Shown: positions 47,680 to 57,254 of the stretch, piece after piece | Layout: every line of letters starts with the position of its first letter | Numbering within the stretch: the stretch's first letter is position 1 | NCBI GenBank assembly: GCA_964524845.1 | Contig: CAZGFX010000003.1 | Span: 115,954 to 179,953 of the forward strand | Reading direction: 5' to 3' | DNA from: an uncultured Gammaproteobacteria bacterium | GTDB taxonomy: Bacteria > Patescibacteriota > Patescibacteriia > CAZGFX01 | DNA: 64,000 bases | Made by a program: the position numbers and the translations under genes | Notes under the pieces: generated by a model | Told to the model about the DNA's origin: nothing | The model's database searches: none | The model's input: only the letters and a program-made list of their open reading frames with translations

Positions 47680-48987
47680 ATGAAAAAAATATTTTTGACA
47701 ATAAAAAATAATTATCATTTTTTATTACTACTATTTGCTTGCGTATTATCTACTATCATATATATAAAATTTAATGGCAGGCTGTTTTCTATAAAACACG
47801 ATAGTTTGTTACTACTAAGTAGCATTCTTCTTTTTCAAACAATCACTTGGGTTCTTGTGAGAAAACATATTAACACAATTTGGATCGTACTTCCTGTGTT
47901 TGGAATTTTGTGCGGACCCATTTTCTCCGCCGACTCTTATTTTTATATAGATAAATTTTATCAACTTATTCATCTCGGACAAAACCCATATTATACACTA
48001 AGTTTAGTACCGAATACGGAGCTACCCTATTTTAATATTTATAAAGATTCATTTTTCGCATACACCAAATTGATTTACGGACCTGTCTGGCTTCTTATTG
48101 GAAGTTTGTCAGTTTTATTTTCAAAAGCATCAACAATAATTCCTTTTATCATTCAATACAAAATATTATCAGCGGTTTTTGTCGGTGGAATTTCTTTTCT
48201 TATTTATAAATTCTCGGGAGATAAAAAATATGCTATCTGGTATGCGGTGGCGCCGATCGTCGTGTTTGAACTGATTATCGACGCGCACAATGACGCGATG
48301 ATGATATTTTTCATCGTACTTTCTCTTCTGTTAATGAAGAAAAAATATATAGTTTGGGCAAGTATGGCATTTGTTGGGGCCTTATTAGTTAAGTACTCAG
48401 CGCTTCTGCTGTTGCCTTTTTTTGGCTTATATATAATAAAAAATCGTCTTATAACGTGGAAATCGTTTATCGGCATAGTGATCGGCGCCACCGTGCTTGT
48501 ATTAGGATTCTACGCTCCTTTTTTTCGTGATTTTCACATGTTTGATGGTTTTCTGGAATTTGCACGCGGAGGCCATGTGCTTAGTGCTGGAATACTTGGA
48601 TATATCATGACAAATATTTTTTCTCTTTCGGAAATAACAAACACTTTAATAAAAGCAATTTCTTTTATAATAATCTTTTCAATAATAATTTTCATAACGA
48701 GAAAGAAGTTTTCCATTGATTCTTATATATACTCATCTATTTTTGTTTATATCTTTTTTGGAATGATCATGACTTATTGGGCGATGCCATGGTATCTCAC
48801 ACTTCCTTTCACACTGCTTTTCTTTTTAGAGAACCCGAAAATGAGAAACACCCTTATTTACACAATAATTTGTATTTGGCTGATTTTTTTCGCTACACAA
48901 TACAGTTTTATAGGCTCATCAATGCTTTTTATGTTGTGTATTGCGTATGGTGTTTTTCGTATTACAAAACAAGTAAATACGCCCTAG
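47680..48987 (+). CDS. polytopic membrane protein (putative GT87/DUF2029-like glycosyltransferase)
   Basis: About 12 TM. No soluble domain. Confidence 0.35.
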   Translation: MKKIFLTIKNNYHFLLLLFACVLSTIIYIKFNGRLFSIKHDSLLLLSSILLFQTITWVLVRKHINTIWIVLPVFGILCGPIFSADSYFYIDKFYQLIHLGQNPYYTLSLVPNTELPYFNIYKDSFFAYTKLIYGPVWLLIGSLSVLFSKASTIIPFIIQYKILSAVFVGGISFLIYKFSGDKKYAIWYAVAPIVVFELIIDAHNDAMMIFFIVLSLLLMKKKYIVWASMAFVGALLVKYSALLLLPFFGLYIIKNRLITWKSFIGIVIGATVLVLGFYAPFFRDFHMFDGFLEFARGGHVLSAGILGYIMTNIFSLSEITNTLIKAISFIIIFSIIIFITRKKFSIDSYIYSSIFVYIFFGMIMTYWAMPWYLTLPFTLLFFLENPKMRNTLIYTIICIWLIFFATQYSFIGSSMLFMLCIAYGVFRITKQVNTP

Positions 48988-49079
48988 TGATCGTGATATG
49001 AATATTTTTAAATCCATACTGGTTGATTTTATGTAAAAAAAACAGTATTATCGCTTTATAATACATTCACAATATTGTT

Positions 49080-49790
49080 ATGTCAGGTCATTCGCACGCA
49101 TCAAATGTTGCTCGTAAAAAAGGGCTCGTAAATGCAAAGAAGGGGGCTCTTTTCACGCGTCTTGCTCAAAATATAACACTAGCGGCAAAAAGCGGTGACG
49201 ATATTAATTTCAATCCCTCGCTCCGTATGGCAATAGAAAAAGCGAAAGAAGCGAACATGCCGAAAGACAATATAGAAAGAGCTATAAAAAAAGGAACAGG
49301 CGAACTTGGTGGCGCAAGCATAGAAGAGGTTGTATATGAGGCGTTTGGTCCGGATGGGATAGCACTTCTAATTAAATGCGTCACTGACAACACAAATCGC
49401 GCCCTCACATCTGTCAAAACAACATTGAGTAAAAACAATGGTAATTTCGCGTCAGCCGGAGCCGTTGCGTGGATGTTTGATGAGCGTGGTTGCATCGAAA
49501 TTGAAAAAACAAACTGGAACGATGAAAAAGAACTTGAAATTATCGATGCCGGCGCTCTTGATGTCGAAGTGGGAGACGACAGAATATATGTCACAACAGA
49601 AAAAAATACACTTAACACAGTAAGAGAGGTGCTCGAGAAAAAAGGATTTACAATAAAAGGAATCGAACTTGTTATGATTCCAAAAAACACAGTGAATGTT
49701 CCTGATAAAGAAAAAATTATGGCTTTTCTGGATGTGGTCGAAGAAGCAGAAGATGTTAATGAGATATTTCACAATGCTAATTTAAACTAA
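49080..49790 (+). CDS. yebC: YebC/PmpR family DNA-binding transcriptional regulator
   Basis: 'MSGHSHASNVARKKG...KGALFTRL' canonical N-terminus. Confidence 0.9.
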   Translation: MSGHSHASNVARKKGLVNAKKGALFTRLAQNITLAAKSGDDINFNPSLRMAIEKAKEANMPKDNIERAIKKGTGELGGASIEEVVYEAFGPDGIALLIKCVTDNTNRALTSVKTTLSKNNGNFASAGAVAWMFDERGCIEIEKTNWNDEKELEIIDAGALDVEVGDDRIYVTTEKNTLNTVREVLEKKGFTIKGIELVMIPKNTVNVPDKEKIMAFLDVVEEAEDVNEIFHNANLN

Positions 49791-50275
49791 TGCCAAAATC
49801 TCGCATAGTTATGGGAATTGATCCCGGGTTTGCAGACATGGGATACGGTGTTATAGAGGTTTCCGGGAATAGCGCGCGTGCGCTTGAATATGGCTCTATA
49901 AAAACAGACCCGAAACAAGATTTTTCAAAACGACTCGAAGATCTTTTTTACAAAATAGGAGCTATTATCGACAAACACTCTCCGTCTGTTATAGGAGTGG
50001 AAGAAATTTATTTTTCAAAAAATATAAAAACAGGAATCGATGTCGCGCACGCGCGCGGTGTAATTTTACTCGCAGCATCAATACGAAAAATACAAATATA
50101 CGAATGTTCCCCGCAAAACGTGAAAATGACAGTAACGGGATACGGAAATGCTGAAAAGGCACAAGTACAAAAAATGGTCAAAACAATTCTTAAACTTTCC
50201 GAGATTCCACACCCTGACGATGCCGCTGACGCACTTGCAATCGCTTTGTGGGCAGGACAGCAAAAGCTTTTGTAA
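49790..50275 (+). CDS. ruvC: crossover junction endodeoxyribonuclease RuvC
   Basis: 'IVMGIDPGFADMGYGVIE'. C-terminal 'HPDDAADALAIALW'. Confidence 0.9.
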   Translation: MPKSRIVMGIDPGFADMGYGVIEVSGNSARALEYGSIKTDPKQDFSKRLEDLFYKIGAIIDKHSPSVIGVEEIYFSKNIKTGIDVAHARGVILLAASIRKIQIYECSPQNVKMTVTGYGNAEKAQVQKMVKTILKLSEIPHPDDAADALAIALWAGQQKLL

Positions 50276-50282
50276 GAAAGGC

Positions 50283-50332
50283 TTTCCCGAACGAAAGTGC
50301 CTGCCCTGATGTATATCAGGGAGGGATGTTTT
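50283..50332 (+). repeat. Dispersed-repeat hairpin copy H, probably doubling as the ruvC terminator
   Basis: 'cccgaacgaaagtgcctgccctgatgtatatcagggaggg', then 'atgttttttt'. Confidence 0.55.
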
Positions 50333-50418
50333 TTTATTGACACTTGTTCTTGACAGGTGTTTTTTTGTGCGATAGTGTGAAAGGAAATAAAATAAAACCA
50401 AAAACAAGCGAGGGAAAA

Positions 50419-50649
50419 ATGGAAAAACTTTTGGTATACATGATAAAAACAAACGGCGCGTCAATTATTATCGAAAAAGACACCGACACATATTATACCA
50501 GATTAGGAAACGAGGAGAAGCCTTTTTTGACAACAATATCTGAACTTCTTGTTTTACGGTGCATACTTGGTAGAAAAGAGATAACACCAGAAGACAGAAA
50601 AGAAATTGAAAAAAGAATAAAAGAACTAGAAGAAAAAGAATCAGAATAA
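50419..50649 (+). CDS. hypothetical small protein
   Basis: Promoter 'ttgaca-N17-tagtgt' at about 50350-50378. 77-aa ORF from the internal Met. Confidence 0.35.
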   Translation: MEKLLVYMIKTNGASIIIEKDTDTYYTRLGNEEKPFLTTISELLVLRCILGRKEITPEDRKEIEKRIKELEEKESE

Positions 50650-50912
50650 TTTAAAATACAAACACATAAACAATTTCAAACATTAAACGAGGCAATATAA
50701 ATTGCCTCTTTTTCATTACAAAAAACAAGTGTTTTTATGTGTCCGAACATTGTTTTTGTTAAAGAATCGAATTATGCACAAGACGAAAAACAGCTTAACG
50801 GGGCCCAAAAATGTGCTTTTCACTCCTTATTGACACTTTACAATTTTTATTGTTTATCCTATAATAAAAAGAGTTAAAAATAAAATAAAAAACAATTTAA
50901 AAGGAGATTGAA

Positions 50913-51197
50913 ATGGAAAGAAAGTATTTTTTTCTTCTTGTCATAGTTGTTTCTGTAATGTTGTCTTTTTTTACAACTATTGCGACATATCTGATTAACG
51001 TATTAGGATTAAATATTGATCTCAATCCGGCAATCAGCTACGTACTAAATCTTGCCACGTGTTATTTAATTGTCTTGTACTTGTGCAAACAGTTTTGGAT
51101 TCACTATTTCGGAGCCTGCGAAGATTGGATGAATAAAAACACAAGGCTTTTTCCAAAAAAAGAAAAAAACAGAAAATTACAACAAACCACCGCGTAA
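50913..51197 (+). CDS. hypothetical small membrane protein
   Basis: RBS 'aaaggaga'. Two TM helices. Imperfect terminator downstream. Confidence 0.4.
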   Translation: MERKYFFLLVIVVSVMLSFFTTIATYLINVLGLNIDLNPAISYVLNLATCYLIVLYLCKQFWIHYFGACEDWMNKNTRLFPKKEKNRKLQQTTA

Positions 51198-51311
51198 CCG
51201 CGAGTGGTTTTTTTATTTACAAAACAATATAAAAGGTATATATTCGAGACAAGAAAAACACATTTAATAAACCAACCAGAACAAATCAGCCAAAAAAGGA
51301 GGTGTTTAATA

Positions 51312-51617
51312 ATGCACAAACAAACAGAAAAAATCATAAAAACACCAAAAGAGACAGCAAAAGAAATCCTTTCTTTTGTTCTAGGACTAGACTATGACGT
51401 TTGTCTAAAAGAACACAACGGAAAACGCTTAATTGCTTTATTAAACGAAAATAAAGAAAATTATCCTTATTTACTAAGTGTTGATGAATTGTTTTCTTTT
51501 TATAAAAGCTACTCTAACAAGTTTTCTAATATTAAAAAAGAAATATTAGAAACAGCTCGACAATTATTATCAAACAAAGAGTTTGAATATTTACTGGAAC
51601 TCGTTAATGAGAATTAA
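51312..51617 (+). CDS. hypothetical protein
   Basis: RBS 'aaaaaggagg'. 101 aa. Confidence 0.4.
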   Translation: MHKQTEKIIKTPKETAKEILSFVLGLDYDVCLKEHNGKRLIALLNENKENYPYLLSVDELFSFYKSYSNKFSNIKKEILETARQLLSNKEFEYLLELVNEN

Positions 51618-51621
51618 AAAT

Positions 51622-51653
51622 GAAAAACCGCCATCAAAAAGGCGGTCTTTTTT
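51622..51653. terminator. bidirectional intrinsic terminator (also serves tyrS)
   Basis: 'aaaaaccgccatcaaaaaggcggtcttttttt'. Confidence 0.6.
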
Positions 51654-51675
51654 TATACCCAAAAACACAGCTGTA

Positions 51676-52890
51676 TTATTTTTTTATCAATCGAACAAAT
51701 CTTCTTTTTCCTATCTGAAGTACATCTCCTGTGTTAATAAGGACTTTTTGAAGACGAGATGTAACAGGAATCTCGTTTATTTTCACACCTCCTTGCTCGA
51801 TCAATCGTCGTGCCTCATTTTTTGAAGGCGTCAGATTAGTCATAAAAACAAGCTCTTCTATAACGTATTCGTCATTTTCCACCTTCATTTCAGGAATGTT
51901 TTCAGGTATTGATCGCTCACTAAATACAGTGACAAAATATTTTTGTGCGACATCCGCTTCTTTCTCTCCGTGATACATACGAACAAGCTCGTGTGCAAGA
52001 TCCATCTTAAGATCTTTCGGATTTTCTCCTCCATCAAGGCGCTCCTTGATCATCTCAATCATGTCAATATCAATTCTTGTGCAACACAAAAAATATTTAA
52101 CAATCAGATCGTCTCGAAGCCCCATGATCTTACCAAACATATCATTTGGAGTATCTTCAAAATTAACCGTATTACCATAACTAGAACTCATTTTTCTTCC
52201 ATCGAGACCCTCAACAATCGGGCCCATCAAAATATTTTGTGGTTTTTGTTTAAAAACAGCTTGTAGAGTTCTGCCTGCAAGAAGATTAAATCTCTGATCC
52301 ATACCTCCAATCTCAACATCTGCACTTATGGCAACTGAATCGTAACCTTGCATAAGCGGATAAAGAACCTCGCGAAGAGAAACGCGTGTTCCTGCATCAA
52401 GACGACGACGAATATTATCTCTGGAAATAAACTCGGCAAGCGAAAAATTATTAGCAAGTTCTCCAACTCCAGTAAAATTAAGCTTATTGAGCCAAGAACT
52501 ATTAAAATATGTTTCGACTTTTTTCATATCAAGTATTTTTCCAGCCTGCTTTTTATACGTCGTGAGATTCTTCTTTATTATTTCTGAAGAAAGCATCGGC
52601 CGTTCGGAATCCTTGTCAGATGTATCGCCAATTACTCCTGTCGCATCCCCGATAATAAGTACGATCTGATGTCCAAGCTCTTGAAAGTCTCGAAGCTTCA
52701 AAAGAGGAACGGATCTACCAATATGAATATTTGATGACGTCGGATCTATTCCTAGTTTTATCCTGAGTTGTTTTCCGGAAATAAGTTGTGTGCGAAGATT
52801 GTCTCGATCAATTACTTCATCGACTCCGCGCGAAAGAAGTTCGTCGATTTTTTTCGAATCAGTGCACACGGTTTTTTTGAATATTTTCAT
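51676..52890 (-). CDS. tyrS: tyrosine--tRNA ligase
   Basis: Class I 'HIGR' (HIGH-like) motif, 'KMSSS' (KMSKS), and a C-terminal S4-like domain. Confidence 0.85.
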   Translation of the reverse strand: MKIFKKTVCTDSKKIDELLSRGVDEVIDRDNLRTQLISGKQLRIKLGIDPTSSNIHIGRSVPLLKLRDFQELGHQIVLIIGDATGVIGDTSDKDSERPMLSSEIIKKNLTTYKKQAGKILDMKKVETYFNSSWLNKLNFTGVGELANNFSLAEFISRDNIRRRLDAGTRVSLREVLYPLMQGYDSVAISADVEIGGMDQRFNLLAGRTLQAVFKQKPQNILMGPIVEGLDGRKMSSSYGNTVNFEDTPNDMFGKIMGLRDDLIVKYFLCCTRIDIDMIEMIKERLDGGENPKDLKMDLAHELVRMYHGEKEADVAQKYFVTVFSERSIPENIPEMKVENDEYVIEELVFMTNLTPSKNEARRLIEQGGVKINEIPVTSRLQKVLINTGDVLQIGKRRFVRLIKK

Positions 52891-53035
52891 ACGAAATTAT
52901 ACAAAAGCAGTGTATCATATTTCACCTTTGTTTTACTATGTTTCTTGACAAAAAAAATATATTTTGTTTTGATAAATATGTGTGGAGATAGTTTAAATTG
53001 TTGTTATAATAAATACATAATGAAATTAATTACGT

Positions 53036-54154
53036 ATGGGAAACACAACAAGAGAGTGGGCGGAAAAGCTTCTCGCCCATGCTGATATACAAATTAATGG
53101 ATCTCGTCCGTGGGATATTCAGGTTCATAATGATTTGTTTTTTAACCGAGTGGCGCGTCAAGGATCTCTCGGACTTGGAGAATCATATATGGATGGGTGG
53201 TGGGATGCAAAAAACCTCGACCAGTTTTTTTACAAGATTCTTTCAGCTCATCTTGATAAAAGAATTGGTTTCTCATGGACTCTTGTAATGACTTTCTTAA
53301 AATCCTTTTTATTTAATTTACAAACAAAAGATCGTGCATATACTGTTGGTGAACATCATTATGATATTGGTAATGATTTATACTCAGTAATGCTCGATAA
53401 ACGACTTACTTATACTTGTGGTTATTGGAAAAACGCAAAATCACTCGACGAAGCTCAGGAAGCGAAGTTAGATCTTACGTGCAAAAAGATCGGGTTAAAA
53501 AAGGGAGACCATGTTCTTGATGTTGGATGCGGATGGGGAAGCTTTTTAAAATTCGCAGCGGAAAACTATGGCGCACATGGAACTGGAATCACCGTAGCGA
53601 AAGAACAAGTAACACTTGCTCGAGAATTATGCAAAAACCTTCCAATAGAGATAAAACTACAAGATTATCGCGAAACAAAAGAACAGTTTGATCATGTTGT
53701 CTCGCTTGGCATGATAGAACATGTTGGATCAAAAAACTATCGAACCTATATGGAAACAGTTCACAAATGTCTCAAAAACAGTGGTTTGTTTCTATTACAT
53801 ACGATTGGATCAAACAAATCAGTACGATCAACAGAGCCGTGGATTGAAAAATATATTTTTCCAAATTCAATGCTTCCATCGCTCACACAATTAAGCAAGG
53901 CAACTGAAAATCTTTTTATAATAGAAGATGTTCATAATTTTGGTGCAGACTATGACAAAACCCTCATGGCATGGTTCGAGAACTTTGACCACAATTGGCC
54001 GACACTTAAAAATAACTATTCGGAACGATTTTATCGCATGTGGAAGTATTATTTACTATCGTGTGCCGGAAGCTTCCGAGCTCGTCACATACAATTGTGG
54101 CAAATTATTTTATCAAAAGACGGTGTTCCAGGAGGATATATTCCTGTCCGATAA
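53036..54154 (+). CDS. cfa: cyclopropane-fatty-acyl-phospholipid synthase family methyltransferase
   Basis: 'VLDVGCGWGSF' SAM motif in a CFA-synthase/CMAS-like context. About 370 aa. Confidence 0.8.
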   Translation: MGNTTREWAEKLLAHADIQINGSRPWDIQVHNDLFFNRVARQGSLGLGESYMDGWWDAKNLDQFFYKILSAHLDKRIGFSWTLVMTFLKSFLFNLQTKDRAYTVGEHHYDIGNDLYSVMLDKRLTYTCGYWKNAKSLDEAQEAKLDLTCKKIGLKKGDHVLDVGCGWGSFLKFAAENYGAHGTGITVAKEQVTLARELCKNLPIEIKLQDYRETKEQFDHVVSLGMIEHVGSKNYRTYMETVHKCLKNSGLFLLHTIGSNKSVRSTEPWIEKYIFPNSMLPSLTQLSKATENLFIIEDVHNFGADYDKTLMAWFENFDHNWPTLKNNYSERFYRMWKYYLLSCAGSFRARHIQLWQIILSKDGVPGGYIPVR

Positions 54155-54205
54155 ACAAAAAAACGAATTAAAATTCTTTTTATTGTATGAAACAAAAAAC
54201 AAGGA

Positions 54206-57178
54206 ATGTGTTATAATAACCACATGGAAAACAAAAGACGTTATCTTGATATCAAAACACAAAGAACAAACAAGCAGCATCGCTCATCTGTTTTTTCAAC
54301 TAGTCAACAACACAAAAACAAGCGCCGCTTCAAAATAAAAAAAGAAAACAAACAACTTCTTATAAAATTAGTGGTTGTTGTTTTGTTGTGCGGAGCTCTT
54401 ATTGTTTTTGGTCTTTTCGCATGGATATCGCGAACACTTCCTGATGATAATGATATTAATAACTCAATTGTTGCGGAAAATACCATTATATACGATAAAA
54501 CAGGCGAACACGTTTTGTATGAAATACACGGGGACGAAAAACGCAATATTGTTCCTTTCTCTGACTTCTCAGACCATTTAAAAAAAGCATTTATAGCGGT
54601 TGAGGATCAACAGTTTTATTCTCATGGTGGTTTTAATTTATGGGGAATGACACGATGTGCCATAAAAGGCGTGTTTGGACAAATGTGCGGAGGATCAACA
54701 ATTACACAACAATATATAAAGAATGCGATTCTCGGAAACAAAAAAACTCCGATAAGAAAAATAAAAGAACTTATAATTGCATATGCGATAGAAAAAAAAT
54801 TTACAAAAGACCAAATACTTGAAAAATATCTCAATACAATTCCGTTTGGTTCAAATTATTACGGAGCCGAGGCTGCGGCACAGGGATATTTCGGAAAACC
54901 AGTACACGAACTCAATCTCGCGGAATCAGCCACGCTTGCGGCAATGGTACAACGCCCTTCTTATTATTCTCCATATGGAAACAACGTGGACAAACTCAAG
55001 TTACGAGAACTCACTGCTCTCGAGCTCATGAAAAACGAGGGATATATTACGGAAACACAACTCAAAGAAGCGAGAGATTATAAGCTGGAGTTCAAAGAAA
55101 ACATCACTAATATAACAGCACCTCATTTTGTTTTTTATGTGAAAGAACAATTGGTCGAACAATTTGGAGAGTCGTTTGTAGAAAAAGGTGGTTTGCGCGT
55201 TTATACGACACTTGATTATGACAAACAAAAAATAGCGGAGGATGTTATAACAAAAAATGAAGACAAGCTCGCTGAATCAGAAGCTAATAATGTTTCATTG
55301 GTTGCAATAGAACCAAAAACAGGTCAAATATTAACAATGATCGGATCACGAGATTATTTTAATGATGAGATTGACGGAAAAGTAAATGTAGCGCTCCGTC
55401 CAAGACAACCGGGATCATCTATTAAACCACTTGTATATATCAGATCTTTCGAGAAAGGGTATACTCCCGAAACAATATTTTTTGATACTTATACGCAATT
55501 TTCAACAGATACTGGAAAACCATATGAACCAAAAAATTATGACGACAAGGAAATGGGTCCTTTGTCACTTGCAAAAGCATTAGGAGGGTCTCGTAATCTT
55601 CCGGCTGTAAAATTACTATATATGGTTGGTATTGAGGATTTTATAAAATTTGCTGAAAAGCTCGGATACACAACGTTTGCTGATAGAAGTCGTTTTGGTC
55701 TTTCTCTTGTTCTTGGAGGCGGGGAAGTCAAACTACTTGAACACACGAGCGCTTATGCGACACTTGCAAACAATGGTATAAAGAAGAACGTCATTTCAAT
55801 TCTTCGTATCGAAGACAAAAACAAAAATATTTTATTTGAGTGGAAAGACACACCAGGAGAACAGGTGATCGATAATGAATCTGTTGCCGCCATAAACAAT
55901 GTTCTCTCAAACAATGAGAACAGGGCGTGGATATTTGGTCAGAACAATCTTCTGGTGGTTCCTGGACATACGGTTGCGGCAAAAACAGGAACAACAAATA
56001 GCTATAATGATGGTTGGCTCATGGGATACACGCCATCAATCGCTACAGGAGTGTGGGTAGGAAACACCGATAACTCACCAATGCGTCGCGGAGACGGTGG
56101 AAGCAGAGTAGCAGGACCTGTGTGGAACGGTTTTATGAGAGAAGCACTTAAAAATACACCGGACGAAGCGTTTTCCAAATATATACCAAAAAAAATAGAC
56201 AAACCTCTTTTTAATGGGCTTCCTTATTCAACAGAACGTGTTGCGATAGATACAATAAGCGGAAAAAGAGCAACCGAACAAACCCCAGCTCAGACAATTA
56301 TTAGAAAAGAGTTTAGCGCAATTCATGATATTCTTCATTATGCAGACAAAAACGACCCAACCGGTCTAGCACCAACAAACCCCGGAGCAGATCCACAATA
56401 TACACTGTGGGAAGATGGTTTAAAAAAATGGCTCGACACAAATACCGATAATCCGATACTTAAAGAGTTAAATTTTCAATCTCCTCCATCAGAATACGAT
56501 GATATTCATAAGGCAGAAGACATTCCTAATATTGAAATCGTTTCACCTTACGACGACTCGTCTGTTATGGAAAACATTTCTGTAACAACAAGAACAAAAA
56601 CTGTCCGCCCAGCACAAAGAATTGAGTATTATATAGATGATCAAAAAATAGAATCTTCTTTGTTGAGCGGACAAACTGGCGAATACCAATATGAAAAAAA
56701 CATTTCCATACCACTTGGTATAGAACAAGGAAAACACTCTCTTAAAGTGAGGATTTTTGACGATATCGAAAATACCGCACTTTCACAAAAATCTTTTGTT
56801 CTTGAAAGACAGGTATCGTCTCCAATTTCAATTTATTGGAATAATTTTTTACAGGAACCTGTGCCAATAAATGATTTTCCAAAAGAATTTACACTACCTA
56901 TTAATGGGGACAAAAGCAGAATTAAACAAATTGATTTTTTCTATACCAATCCACTTATAGATACAGGTGGCTTCATCGATTATGTTATACCAAAAGACGA
57001 AGTATCAATAATATGGAACACTCCTCCTGATCCCGGAACATATAGGATATATGCCATTATTACAGGTGTGTCGGGAGATATATACAGAGATTCTGGAACA
57101 TTAATAACAATAGCTCCTCGGGTTATTGAAGAAAAAAAAGAAGAAGAAATAAAAACTGAGACAATTACAACAGAATAA
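54206..57178 (+). CDS. class A penicillin-binding protein (GT51 transglycosylase plus transpeptidase) with a ~300-aa C-terminal extension
   Basis: GT51 motifs 'EDQQFYSHGG' and 'GGSTITQQ'. TPase motifs 'SSIKP', 'SRN', 'KTGTT'. Confidence 0.9.
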   Translation: MCYNNHMENKRRYLDIKTQRTNKQHRSSVFSTSQQHKNKRRFKIKKENKQLLIKLVVVVLLCGALIVFGLFAWISRTLPDDNDINNSIVAENTIIYDKTGEHVLYEIHGDEKRNIVPFSDFSDHLKKAFIAVEDQQFYSHGGFNLWGMTRCAIKGVFGQMCGGSTITQQYIKNAILGNKKTPIRKIKELIIAYAIEKKFTKDQILEKYLNTIPFGSNYYGAEAAAQGYFGKPVHELNLAESATLAAMVQRPSYYSPYGNNVDKLKLRELTALELMKNEGYITETQLKEARDYKLEFKENITNITAPHFVFYVKEQLVEQFGESFVEKGGLRVYTTLDYDKQKIAEDVITKNEDKLAESEANNVSLVAIEPKTGQILTMIGSRDYFNDEIDGKVNVALRPRQPGSSIKPLVYIRSFEKGYTPETIFFDTYTQFSTDTGKPYEPKNYDDKEMGPLSLAKALGGSRNLPAVKLLYMVGIEDFIKFAEKLGYTTFADRSRFGLSLVLGGGEVKLLEHTSAYATLANNGIKKNVISILRIEDKNKNILFEWKDTPGEQVIDNESVAAINNVLSNNENRAWIFGQNNLLVVPGHTVAAKTGTTNSYNDGWLMGYTPSIATGVWVGNTDNSPMRRGDGGSRVAGPVWNGFMREALKNTPDEAFSKYIPKKIDKPLFNGLPYSTERVAIDTISGKRATEQTPAQTIIRKEFSAIHDILHYADKNDPTGLAPTNPGADPQYTLWEDGLKKWLDTNTDNPILKELNFQSPPSEYDDIHKAEDIPNIEIVSPYDDSSVMENISVTTRTKTVRPAQRIEYYIDDQKIESSLLSGQTGEYQYEKNISIPLGIEQGKHSLKVRIFDDIENTALSQKSFVLERQVSSPISIYWNNFLQEPVPINDFPKEFTLPINGDKSRIKQIDFFYTNPLIDTGGFIDYVIPKDEVSIIWNTPPDPGTYRIYAIITGVSGDIYRDSGTLITIAPRVIEEKKEEEIKTETITTE

Positions 57179-57229
57179 AAAAACCTCATTTTTAGCAGGA
57201 TTTATTCCGAATAAAAATGAGGTTTTTTA
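57179..57229. terminator. bidirectional intrinsic terminator between the PBP gene and dnaA
   Basis: 'aacctcattttt...aaaaatgaggtt' (12-bp stem) flanked by A and T runs. Confidence 0.6.
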
Positions 57230-57254
57230 TTACCGAAAAATATTTTTTATTATT

